Shown here: positions 14,056 to 26,823 of the stretch, piece by piece
How the letters are laid out: the number at the start of each line of letters is the position of its first letter
Position numbering within the stretch: the stretch's first letter is position 1
Assembly: GCF_009914755.1 (NCBI RefSeq)
Contig: NC_060925.1
Source: the human T2T-CHM13v2.0 reference genome, Homo sapiens
Strand: one strand, 5' to 3'
Length of the DNA: 64,000 bases
Made by a program: the position numbers and the translations under genes
The notes under the pieces: generated by a model
What the model was told of the DNA's origin: nothing
Database searches by the model: none
Seen by the model: the letters and a program-made list of their open reading frames with translations, nothing else

Positions 14056-14294
14056 AATGTTAAAGATTATTTTGAATGTAGCTTGAGTAAATCCTACAGT
14101 TCTTCCAGTAACACACTTGGGATCGACCTCTGGAGAGGGAGAAGGTGTTGCTCAGGAAACTTACAGTTACCACCACTGTCTCAAAGACAGAGTGAAAGGG
14201 CAAGGACTCCTGAGGGAGATGGTATTTCCAGGCCGACCACACTGCCTTTGACAACGCTTCCAAGCATTGCTATTACAACTGTAAGCCAGGAGTG
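14056..14294 (+). CDS. PDE4B: PDE4B1 second coding exon (239 nt), NVKDYFECSLSKSYSSSSNTLGIDLWRGRRCCSGNLQLPPLSQRQSERARTPEGDGISRPTTLPLTTLPSIAITTVSQE+TG
   Basis: Long pyrimidine tract plus tccag acceptor ending at 14055; GTG|gtgagt donor at 14295; overlaps ORF-track entry 14083..14298; matches the PDE4B1 unique N-terminal region. The next exon lies outside the window. Confidence 0.95.
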
Positions 14295-16401
14295 GTGAGT
14301 AGCCTCAAAATCAAATGTCAATTCTAAATTTTTATTTTCCAATTTCTCCAAATACAATTTCATAGTATTAAAATGTGAGTTTTCTGTGAAATACCTAAGA
14401 TGATTGACATTTTGAGAATTCGTTTCCCTTTAGAATCAAAGATAAGGTCTTGTAAACAGTGGAGATATTTTCTAGTTCTTCAGAGTGGAAGGAACATGCT
14501 TCATTTAAAGCTACTGAGGAAGGAATGAGATACATTTACATTAATGTAAAGGGATAACAAAATTACTGCTTATGATCTAACTTTTTTAAAAAGAGCTATA
14601 CAGTGTGCATCAGTATTTTTTGACTTAGAAAAACAAATTACATGTTACTATATGTATATGATGTTCTTATTGCTGAACTCTACACTTCTCCCTAGCTTCT
14701 ATTTATTATCATCCTACTTTATTAATCTCAGTTTGTGATTATCTATAAAATAAAACATTTCATTGTAAATTGAAAGAGTAATGAAAATTGCGCTATGAGA
14801 GATGCTGGCACTGTTGTGCAGAGTCTATATTTGTGAAAGAGGCTATTTTAAACCAGTGTTGAAAAGTTAATCATATAATCTTACAATTGTGGTTATTGTG
14901 CCATGACTGCTTCAAATATGTGCTTTATTATATATTTAATAATTAGTACATTCTCACTTTTCCTTTTCTGTTTTCCTACATCATTTTAAAATATTTTTCA
15001 GGAAGGATTGGCTTACATATCATGGAGGTTTATCATGAAAGTGAAAAATATTTTCTCTGATATGATTTTAAATTAATAATGTGTTGCTTTTAAAATCACT
15101 TTTTGTTTACATAATTTATCAAGTGAAAGACTAAGCATTAAATTATTGTACAACATTATTGTAGTAAATTATTAAAAATCTATTATTTTTATGGTGTACC
15201 ATGTACAGAGCTCTGCCACATGCTGAGCTCTCCAGGGCTGATGAGTAGCCCAGTATGTGCTCTTTGAATAATGATATACGGCATCTTGACATCCTTTAGT
15301 CAATGTTTACCTGACACACTGAGCATTAGATCACTGAAACTCCAGGTATCACAGTTAATAGCATCAAATATTTAATCAGACAATCTGTGTGATAGAGAAT
15401 CATGCTAAAACATTTTAAAGAAAATGGGTTAAAAATTTGAGAAGGACTGTCTTACATCTTCTGTTCAGCTGAATTAACATTATATAAGAGTCATAGCCAA
15501 TCATGGAGAATTAAAAGGGCACATAGGGCTCCCCTATAGGATACTCAATCACATAGCTTATGTGATTAGTCTTGATTATGTGTCTGTATAATTACGGATT
15601 TGGAGTCTTAAAGATTTCCAGATTTATTTTTCAGCAGGTTGGCAGTGATACAATTCTATCAGTTGTTAAAGTATTGAAATGCTTTCATACCAGTTGGTAA
15701 ATATATGCTTTCTTGAGCTCTCTGATTGCCCCTACTACTCTCGCAGACTATTCTCCTGAAGCCTCTAGAATTTCTCACAATCTAAAAACAAAGAGGTGAA
15801 GACTGGCACAGAGGAATCTGGTTTTGGTGGGTGTTGGTGCTATATCTGTTGTTAGCTATTTTGAGTAACACCCTGGGTAAAATGTACAGTGCCTTGTAAA
15901 GTTTGAGTTCATTTAATTCAAAGACATTTTGGGAGTTGTAGAATTGTTCCTTCCTTAGAAATATCAAATCTAGACTCTGCCATTTGGGGCATGCTTGTTT
16001 CTCTTTCCTAGTTGAATGTTTTTATTTTTAAAGGAGGGCAATAATATTTACCTCATAGGCTATTGTGAGGATTAAATGATGTAATCTATCTAAGGTATTT
16101 TGCTTAGTAAAATGCATATGGTAGGTAATCAGCAAATGTTGATTTTTGTCCTCTTGATCATTATCCAATAAATATTTTCTGGAAATTAGAAACCATGTCT
16201 CTAGTATCAGTAGCCTCATTCTTGGCGTCAGTATTTTAGGTTGAAATGGAAAATTTAGCCATTATTCATGTTCAATAGTCAGTGAGCACCACATATTGGT
16301 AATTCATTTATAACATGTGTGTTTTATTTCAATTAACAGGATACTTTTTAAAGTATGAGAATAGAGTATGCAGATAACTCTGAATTTATTTTAAAACATA
16401 A

Positions 16402-16726
<325 letters not shown>

Positions 16727-16989
16727 CTAAAAGCATTTCTGAACATCTCTTGAAAATCCAGCTTCCACTGGAATACTGATAGCTGAAGACTGGTGGAATT
16801 ATTGGTGAAGGAATCTGATTAAAAAATGATTTGACTAGAAGTGAGGGAACTGGGTTCAAATTATCATCAATGCCATCAACTTGATGAAAGTTCATAGAGA
16901 TAAGGAGTACTGCCTAGGACTACGTGAGAGAAAGAATTATGCTTACCACTTAGAGTACCAAGAATATGGAATCAATTTCCATGCCAAGA

Positions 16990-17208
16990 CCAGCAATGAG
17001 CAAATGTTTTCTCTAAAGGACCAGATAGTAAATATTTTAAGTTTTATGAGCTTTGCAGTCTCTGTCACAACTACTCATCCTTGCTGTTATATTGTGAAAG
17101 GAGCCATAGCCAATGTGTAAACGAAGAAGTGTAGCTGTGTTCCAATAAAACTTTGTTTACAAAAACAAGCAGCAGGCTGGATTTGGCCTGCCAGAGTTTG
17201 CCGACTTT
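16990..17208. mobile_element. MER58A hAT-Charlie DNA transposon
   Basis: 'aaaggaccagatagtaaatattttaag..ctgtgttccaataaaactttgtttacaaaaacaagcagcaggctggatttggcc..gtttgccgac'. Confidence 0.85.
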
Positions 17209-18839
17209 GAAAAGTCTCCCTTAGAAAAGTTTCCCTTTCTAGGCTAGTAAAGATCTCTAAGACGTGATCCTAGGATTTGATCATTGTTTTTACAGTTATC
17301 AAGGACAAAAACTGACTTTGAGGTCATGGCTGATGTGCCAAATAAGTCATAAGTATGGGACTGTGTGTTCTAGATCAAGCCATCAAAGACAGTGAAATAA
17401 TTTGAATCCGTTCTAATGAAAAGTACTGCCTAATTTTATATAAGGTTTTATATAAAAACATTAACATGATTTTATCATATGTTTATTTGGAGAAAACAGG
17501 CCATCATTACAGAAAAAAGGCCGGGAATATAAGAATAGTGATTTTATTTATCATGGAGCAAGAAAGAGTTAGAAAGGACTCAAGCCCAGTTTTATTGGGT
17601 GACTTCCATTTTGTAGCCTTTCAGATGAGTTTCTATTATAATACAATCTCCAAAAGACACAAATGAACAAACAATGGAGATTACAATACCTACACTTCAA
17701 AATCATGTGGAAAATTAAAGAAAAGGTTTGCTATGCATGTAGCACAATCACTTGTTCTTAATGGTTATTTTGATATTATTATTATTGTCATTTTTATTGT
17801 TACATTTAGACTGAGTAGCCAAAATTATGCATTTTCTATTATTGGAGGTTTTAGGGGAAACTTAGCTCCTGAGTTCTTGGAACCAACTTGGAAATATGAT
17901 GAAAGAGGAATTCAGATATGAAAGCAAGATGTTATCTTTAATACTGATAAAGTTGATACTGAAAAATATAATTTATGTCTGTGGGCAAGTGGGTTCCTAA
18001 TATTGAAACCTATAATTGCATAGATGCTAGACCTGGGCAGGATCCCCTCACCTCTTATACACACATAAATAGAAGGCCTACCCCTACAAAACTTGTAGCA
18101 TGGAGGATCTGTAGAAATCCTACTCACGTGAGAAAGTAGAGGGAAGGATTGAACTGTACATGGCCAGTTCCCCCTTATGAAAACACCAAGAAAGATTAAA
18201 TTATTCATTCTCTCTGGGAAATAGTGAGTAAGGCGGCAGAAAGAGGCTGGAAATGTGATGCTGGTGGCATTCCAGACACTTGCAAGACATATCAAACATT
18301 TCCCAATTTTTAAAATCTTTTCACCTTAACTTTAGGGGCACATTAGGGATGTGCCTGTTCTTTAGAGGAAGATATCAGGAGTATACCAGTACTAACTTAC
18401 TGCCATCTTTGTGAAGCTGTTCTCCCAATATTGACCACTGCCCTTTTGAGTATTCCCCCCAACCCCCTCCCCCACAAAAATCTGAATTCAAAGTTTCCTG
18501 CTCTTGTAAACTGAAGTTCAAAAAATGAAGTTCTCACATTTATCTTCCATGTCTTCTTGATTTTCTCATTTTGTTAGCAGGACCTTGAAGCATGGTTTAG
18601 AAGGAGGGTTTCCTAACCAGCTGCAGCCTAAGTCATCTTCCACTGTAAAGGCTGTAGTTTCTTCAGGCCCATAGGAATTGTATTCGTATAATACCAGGTC
18701 TCTGAGGGACTTCACTTTTTAAATAGTTACTGATCTATAGGTTATGCAATGCTGCATAACCAAATTTAGATAATAAGCCAATTCTGGGCCTTGAACATCT
18801 ATAGTTAATCTATAACTTTAATCTTCTTACATGAGGGTC

Positions 18840-19975
<1,136 letters not shown>

Positions 19976-19989
19976 TATGTGGTTTTCTA

Positions 19990-20540
19990 TTCCCTGCTAT
20001 CTATTACTGCATAGCAAATAATCCCAACATTTACTGGCTTAAAATAACATTTTTATCTCAGAGTTTCTATGAATCAGGAATCCAGCTGTGGCTTAGCTGT
20101 GTGCCTCTGACTCAGAGTCTCTCACAAGACTGGAATCAAGTAATTGGCCAGTACTGTAGTCATGCATATGGGTGGAAAGGTGGGCAGAACTGCTTCCAAC
20201 CTGATCAACATGGTTGTTGACAGGCTCAATTCCTGGCTGTGGCTGACTAGAAATACCAGTTCCTTGCCATGTGGGTCTCATAGACCTATGTGAAGGCTAT
20301 TTATAACATGTCAGTTTGGTTTCTCCAGAGCAAGTGTTTTGAGAAAGAGAGACCAATAGAGACTGAGCAAGACAGAGGTCAAAGTATTTTTACAACTTAG
20401 TCTTAGAAGTGACATCCCATCACTTTTATATATTCTGTTCATTAGGTCTTACACATGCACAGGGGAGGGGATTCTGCAAAGGAATAAACAAGGAGGTGGA
20501 GATCATTGGAGATCAGTTTAGAGGCTGTATATTGCACTGC
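19990..20540 (-). mobile_element. MLT1 (MaLR) LTR
   Basis: 'atctattactgcatagcaaataatccc..ggcttaaaataac..gaagtgacatcccatcactt' is typical MLT1 text. Confidence 0.65.
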
Positions 20541-20682
20541 AGATATTTTCAAGCTTTTAGAGAGCAAGAATAGTTATTTTACCCTTTTGCTCATTTTAGT
20601 AACTAAAGTTTTCAGTGAGTCTATTTTCTATTATCTGTGTTTCCTGATAGTTTTTGCTCATGCTTTTAAAAAACTTTATTAA

Positions 20683-20820
20683 GAAAAATAGCTAATGCAT
20701 GCTGGGCTTAATACCTAGGTGATGGGTTGATAGGTGCAGCAAACCACCATGGCACATGTTGTATGTAACAAACCTGCACATCCTGCACATGTACCCCGGA
20801 ACTGAAAATTAAAAAAAATT
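20683..20820 (+). mobile_element. Very short 5'-truncated L1PA 3' end with TSD aaaaaactttattaa
   Basis: 'gcttaatacctaggtgatgggttgataggtgcagcaaaccaccatggcaca..gtaacaaacctgcacatcctgcacatgtacccc'; TSD copies at 20668-20682 and 20836-20850. Confidence 0.85.
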
Positions 20821-22239
20821 CCTTACTACTATTTAAAAAAACTTTATTAAAGTACAATCAGTGTGCAAAAAAGTATACCTATCATAAGAGGGCATGTTGA
20901 TAAAATTTCACAAATTGGACACAACCACAAAACCAGGAACAAAATCAAGAAGCAAAACTTTACTAGTGTCTCAGAAGCTCTTCTTATGCACCCCCCGAGC
21001 CCCTGCCCCATCACTACCTCCTCCATACCTCCAACAACATCTATTAGTTTTGTCTGTTTTTGAACTTTACATAATGGAATCACATAATGTGTAATATTTT
21101 GCATTTGACTTATTTATTGCCCTCAACATTAGGTTTAAGAGGTGTGCTTAATTTTTTAAAATTTATTGTGTGCTGCCACAATAAATTAAATGTCATTGAA
21201 ACATTATTTGTAGGCACAGTTTAAGGTATCAGAATAAGGTTCACCATAGAGAATTTGCATTTGATTCTATCAGGTCTCTAGGGGCACTGGGGCATTGGTA
21301 GATTGATCAGAGGGTTTCTCAATCATCTAGCTGAAACATGATCATAATCTGTTAAGGTCCACTGCCTATGACCCCACGCCCTCAACCCCTGGCCCTGCTT
21401 GAATTATCACTGAGGCTACCCTTCTGGCAGTCTCCTGGATGTAGAGTAGGGGTGTGTTTACTTCTATTTTACCTTTGCAATGAGAAAATAGCCCTTTGAA
21501 GTTCTGGTTTAAGTTGGGAAGACTCTCCTTTTGAATGCCTCACCCTGGCATGGCTGGGCTTTGATTACAGTTCCCCCTTGACCCTCAAGGACATCAGACT
21601 AATATTAACTTTTACTCTGTGTGGTAAATATCCTCAGGGCAAAAGCAACTTTGACGTCCATTATGCACCTTTGGTGAGAAAAGTCCCCTTACACTTTGAC
21701 TTGCTATTTCCTTACTAACTTGGCATTTCTTTAGTAGCATCAAGAAAATAAGATGATAGTTTTCCTTATTTTTAAAGCAAAGGTTTTGTTGAGATAACCT
21801 TGTGAACAATATTACAGAAAACTTTCATAGCTACTTGCTATGGAGATCTTAGGTCCTTTCATCCCACACTTGTTTTGGCTATAAAATTGCCTTTAGTACA
21901 TTCTTAAACTGAAGCTTCTGATGATAATTCTTAAGTTTGTGCTCCTAAGGGCCTACTGGGACCTATTTCTTTGACTTTTTCTCCCGAAGACACTATCTTT
22001 CCCCAGTATCTGAATGTTTTTGGCTTTGAGTAAAATGTTTGCTTATTTTATGTAGTAGATATTAGTGTCTTTACTGTTTTATCTCCCTTTCAGAAAGGAA
22101 CATCTGAGTTTGCAATAGTTTAAACTGAATCTTGTTTTACTGTCTTTTCTTCCTTTGTACTTGTAGGCCTACATAGAATTGATTACTTCACTTCTTTTGC
22201 TTTCTCTTGCTACTTGATCTAGGTATTGTTAATTATCCA

Positions 22240-22890
22240 CGGATGAGGATAAATAACAAATACACACACACACACACACACCCCTTAGGCATATCATATT
22301 CAAACTTCAGAAAACCAAAGACAAAGAAAAATCTCTAAAGAAATCAAATAATAAAAACAGACATATAGAGGAACAAGAATAAGAATTATACTGGACTGTT
22401 TGTCAGAAACCATGAAAGCAAGAAGAGAGTGGAGTACATTATTTAAAGTGTTGAAATAAAAACTTTCACCAGGCTAGAATTTTATAACCAGCAAAATTAT
22501 CCTTCAAATGTGAAGGAGAGAGGGAGACTTTTTCAGAGAAACAAAACTGAGGAAACTCATTGTCAGTAGACCTGATTTATAAGACCATGTTAAAAGAAGT
22601 TATTCATTAAGAAGAAAAATGATATAGGGCACAGATCTACACAAAGAAGAGTGTCAGAGGAGAAATAAATGAAGATAAGATAACATTGTTTAGTTTTTTC
22701 AAGCTAAACTTTCTTAACTATATAAAACATAACTGTTTCAAGCAATACCAACAATGCACTGGGTGGTTATAGTATAGGGGTAAGGGAAATGAAAGACAAC
22801 AGTGTGAAATGAACAAGCAGGAGCAAATGGGAATATTCTGTTTTAAGATATATATACTACATGTGAAGGCAGACTTAGGTTACTTAAAAT
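22240..22890 (+). mobile_element. Old L1M (L1MC/MD-like) ORF1 3' half; the same element probably resumes at about 26824-27070 (ORF2 RT region)
   Basis: 'taggcatatcatattcaaact..atttaaagtgttgaaa..aaaattatccttcaaa'; downstream piece reads 'tttgcagatgacatgactgtc' (ADDM). Confidence 0.7.
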
Positions 22891-23013
22891 ATAAATATGT
22901 ATTATATATAATATATGTAAATATATATAATATGTATTATATATATAATATATGTAAATATATATAATATGTATTATATATATAATATATGTAAATATAT
23001 ATAATATATATTA
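22890..23013. repeat. AT-rich tandem repeat, about 3 copies of a ~37-bp (TA)-derived unit
   Basis: 'aatatgtattatatatataatatatgtaaatatatat' repeated. Confidence 0.9.
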
Positions 23014-23017
23014 TCTT

Positions 23018-25462
23018 TATCACATCTGGTACAGCAGCTGCAATTGGAGTCATCACTTTGTTAAACTTATGATAAGGCACTGTCATTCTCCAAGATCCAT
23101 CTGTCTTCTGCACAGCCAAATGGGAGAGTTGAATGGGAATAACCACTCGTGCTTCTTTCAAGTCCTTGATAGTGGCACTAATCTCCACAGTCCCTCCAGG
23201 GATGCGATATTGTTTTTGATTTACTATTTTTCTAGGTAGAGGCAGCTCTAATGGCTTCCATTTGGCCTTTCTCACCGTAACAGCCCTCACCCTACCAGTC
23301 AGGGAGCCAATGTGGGGGTTCTGCCAGTTGCTAAGAATGTCTATGCCTATTATGCACTGGGGAAATGACCACAGGATGAGTCCGGGAACCCACTGGATCC
23401 ACTCTTTGTTGGACCTGAGCTACAACTCCATTAATTACCTGACCTCCATAAGCCCCTGCTTTAACTGGAGGACCACAGTGACATTTTGGGTCCTCTGGAA
23501 TCAATGTCAGCTCAGAGCCAGTGTCCACTAGTTCCTTAAATGTCGATCATTTCCCTCTCCCCAGTGGGCAGGTACCCTGGTAAAAGGCTGGAGGTCTCCT
23601 TGGGGAAGGATGGGAGAAAGATTCACTGCTCAAATTGTCGATAACGTAGTGAGGTCCTTCCTCAAGGGTACCTGGCCTCCCCTTCATTCAAGGAGTTCTG
23701 GGTCTGTAAACTGGCTCAAGTCTGGAAATCGATTGAGGGGCCATTATTCTCTGTTTTTATAATTTAAATTAGTCTTTTGTCCATTCGACCTAGAAGTTTT
23801 CTGCTAGTATAAATTAAGTACGAATGCAGTAGGCTTCCTATCAATTTCACTTCTAGGAACACCGTGATTAATTAGCCAATGCCATAACTCTACACGAGTC
23901 AGACCATTCTGATTGCCACTTTGCCTCTGCTGTCCAATAAGGTAGCTACGCCCACCTTGCCTTTGAAGGTTGAGTGCCACCACTTGGCTCCTGCCACCTC
24001 AGGATCTAATTACTCCCATTGTATTTAAATTTTGTGGTTGAGTGACTGCAGTTCCCACTGTTAGATCTGACATACAGAGAAGAGCAATTACAGGGCTCTT
24101 CAAAGATGCAGGTGCCACCCTCGCAAATCTATTTTGCAAGGCATTGGTCAAGGGTGTATCTTCTGGACCCTCCCAGCTGGGATGAGAGGTCTAAAGTGAC
24201 TAATCCACTCCATCATCCCAATCTCCCTAAGCCTCTGGATCCCTTCCTCTCCATTAAACCAAGGGAGATCAGGCATTTCCAGCTTGCTTACAGTGGGCCA
24301 TCTTTTAGTCCATATTTCAGCTAACCAAGCAAATAAACTATTAGAACATTTTTTAACTCACCAAGCTGCAACATTAGAAGCAGAGTTCCTATGTAGTGGG
24401 CCCAAATTAATAAATTCGGCCTGATCCAACTCTGTATTCCTTCCACCATTATCCCACACCCTTAATATCCATTCCCATGTTCTTCAGATTTCTGTTTATA
24501 TAAATGAGAAAACTCAAGCAGTTCTTTTCCAGTGTAGCGCACCTCCTCATGGGTCACACTCTCAACCTTACTTCTAGGGGCCCGCCGGGACTTTAGTCTA
24601 GTTATAGGTCTAGAAGCAAACAGGCAGGTTGGGGGTGGCTCCTGAGGAGAATCAGCATTACCTTGCCTGGCAACCACCTCAGGGGAGGCCATCACTGTTG
24701 CCTCAGGCGGCACAGGGTTTATCTCTTCAGACAAAGGTAGAAAGGCTGATGGCAGCATGGGTCGGGGAGGGGATGTTGCCACTACTGGGGATGGGGAAGC
24801 TGTTCCTTCTGGCAAAAAAGATTCATCAGAGTTTACAAATTCAGTATCCCCAGCTTCATCAGTGTCTTCCCACATGTTCCTGTTCCAAGTTGCAGGGTCC
24901 CATTCTTTTCCAATCAATCTCACTTTAATAGACACCTGGTGAGGCTGTGCATGCACCTTCTGTTGCAGGTCACCCACTTTCATGATAAGAGTTTGTGCCT
25001 GTTTTTCCATAATTCCCGCTCTTTCTCTATAGGAAATAAGACTTTCACTTAGGGCAATCTTAACAGACTTGAGGTTCAGTATTTGCTTCTGAAGCCAGGA
25101 GACAGAATCCATGAGTTTATCATTTTCTTTCATCACTTTGTCCACTGAACTTAGGCGCAACCAATCAGCTTCATTACGTTCCTTGGTTCTGCACATATGG
25201 TCAAAGGTATTATGTATAGAGTCACTAAACTCCTTGCCTCTCATGAGTGGTGAATTGGGAGTGTCAAATGCATTTATTTTGTATAACTCTCTAAACAATC
25301 CATGCCAAGGACTATCAGTGTTCTCCATACTATTAGAAGTAGAATCCTTAGCATTTTTGAGTCTAATCATATTAAGCAGCCAACTCCAGAAACTCCCAAA
25401 CTAATGAAAGAACTCCATTCTTAAAATACTGTTCCTCTAGAACCATTCTTGGTACCAAAATC
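23018..25462 (-). mobile_element. HERV-L internal region: PBS, gag, protease and N-terminal RT; truncated within RT
   Basis: tRNA-Leu-like PBS 'tggtaccaagaatgg' next to the LTR; Gag ORF 24462..25370; Gag end 'FPDLSQFTDPELLE*' (TGA 23684-23686); protease 'DTGSELTLIP' (23331..23528); RT 'KWKPLELPLPRKIVNQKQYRIPGG..KTDGSWRMTV'. Confidence 0.92.
24462..25370 (-). pseudogene. HERV-L gag N-terminal open frame (302 codons; MuERV-L Gag/Fv1 homologue)
   Basis: Motifs LIGKEWDPATW, SRPITRLK and VESVTHEEVRYT.KEL.EF; the frame ends by a frameshift just before WEWILRVWDNGGRN. Confidence 0.85.
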
Positions 25463-25854
25463 TATATTTGCCAGAGTTCTCTAGAGGGACAGAACTACTA
25501 GGATACAAAGTCCCACAATAAGCTGTCTTTAAGCTTGAGAAGCAAGGAGAGTGAGTCTGAGTCTCAAAACTGAAGAACTTGGAGTCCAATGTTTGAGGGC
25601 AGGAAGCATCCAGCATGGGAGAAAGATATAGGCTGGGAGACTAGGCCAGTCTCTCCTTTTCACGTTTTTCTGCCTGCCTTATATTTGCTGGCAGTTCATT
25701 AGATTGTGCCCACCAGATTAAGGGTGAATCCTCTTTCCCGAGCCCACTGACTCAAATGTTAATCTCCTTTGGCAACACCCTCACAGACATGCCCAGGATC
25801 AATACTTTGCATCCTTCAGTTCAATCAAGTTGACACTCAGTATTAACCATCACA
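25463..25854 (-). mobile_element. MLT2A LTR (5' LTR of the HERV-L)
   Basis: Sense strand starts TGTGATGGTTAATACTGAGTGTCAACTTGATTG; abuts the PBS. Confidence 0.92.
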
Positions 25855-26400
25855 GAGGGCCACTGTTCTCCAGACTCCAGAATGATAGATCCACTGGCAG
25901 CTTGTACCCTGCACCTGGAAAAGCTACAGGCATTCAATGCCAGCCCTTGAGAGCAGCATTGGGGGGTCGAGCCCTGGAAGGCCACAGGGGCGGAGCTGCC
26001 CAAGGCCTTGGGAGCCCAGCCCTTACATCAGTGTGCCCTGGATGTGGGACATGGAGTCAAAAGAGATTATTGTGGAGCTATACAATTTAATGACCACCCT
26101 GCTGGGTTTTGGACTTGCATAGGGCCTGTAGCCCTGTTCTTTTGGCTGATTTCTCTCTTTTGGAATGGAAGTATTTACCCAATGACTATACCCCCATTGT
26201 ATCTTGGAGGTAACTAACTTGTTTTTTATTTTACAGGCTCATAGGCAGAAGGGACTAGCCTTGTCTCAGATGAGACTTTGGACTGTGGAGTTTTGAGTTA
26301 ATGCTGGAATGAATTAAGACTTTGGGAAACTGTTGGGAAGGCATGATTGTATTTTGCAGTGTGAGAAGGACATGAGATTTGGGAGGGCCCAGGGGCAGAA
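25855..26400 (+). mobile_element. MST-int (MaLR internal) 3' portion
   Basis: 'ggacatggagtcaaaagagattat..gtctcagatgagactttggact..'; ends in a polypurine tract 'gggagggcccaggggcagaa'. Confidence 0.85.
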
Positions 26401-26823
26401 TGATGTGGTTTGAATCTGTGTCCTCACTCAAATCTCATGTTCAATTGTAATCCCCAATGTTGGAAGTGGGACCTGGTGGGAGGTGATTGGATCATGGGGG
26501 CACTTTCACATGAATGGCTTAGCACCATCCCCTCAGTGCTGTCCTCATGATAATGAGTGAGTGAGTTATTGTGAGATATGGTTATTTAGAAATGTGTAGC
26601 ACCTCTCCCCTCTCTCTCTTCTTCCTGCTCCACCCATGTAAGATCTAACTGCCTCCTCTTTTCCTTCCACCATGATTGTAAGTTTCCTGAGACTTCCCTA
26701 GAAGCAGAAGCAGCTATGCTTCCTGTACAGCCTGCAGAACAATGAGCGAATTAAACCTCTTTTCTTTATAAATTACCCAGTCTTGGGTATTCCTTTATAG
26801 CAATACGAGAATGGCCTAATACA
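26401..26823 (+). mobile_element. MSTA-type LTR (3' LTR)
   Basis: 'tgatgtggtttgaatctgtgtcctcactcaaatctcatg..attaaacctcttttctttataaattacccagtc..ctaataca'. Confidence 0.9.

Noticed and set aside
14083-14298. Stand-alone 71-aa ORF
   Set aside because: It is the internal part of the PDE4B exon read from a TTG; the true reading starts in the upstream exon.
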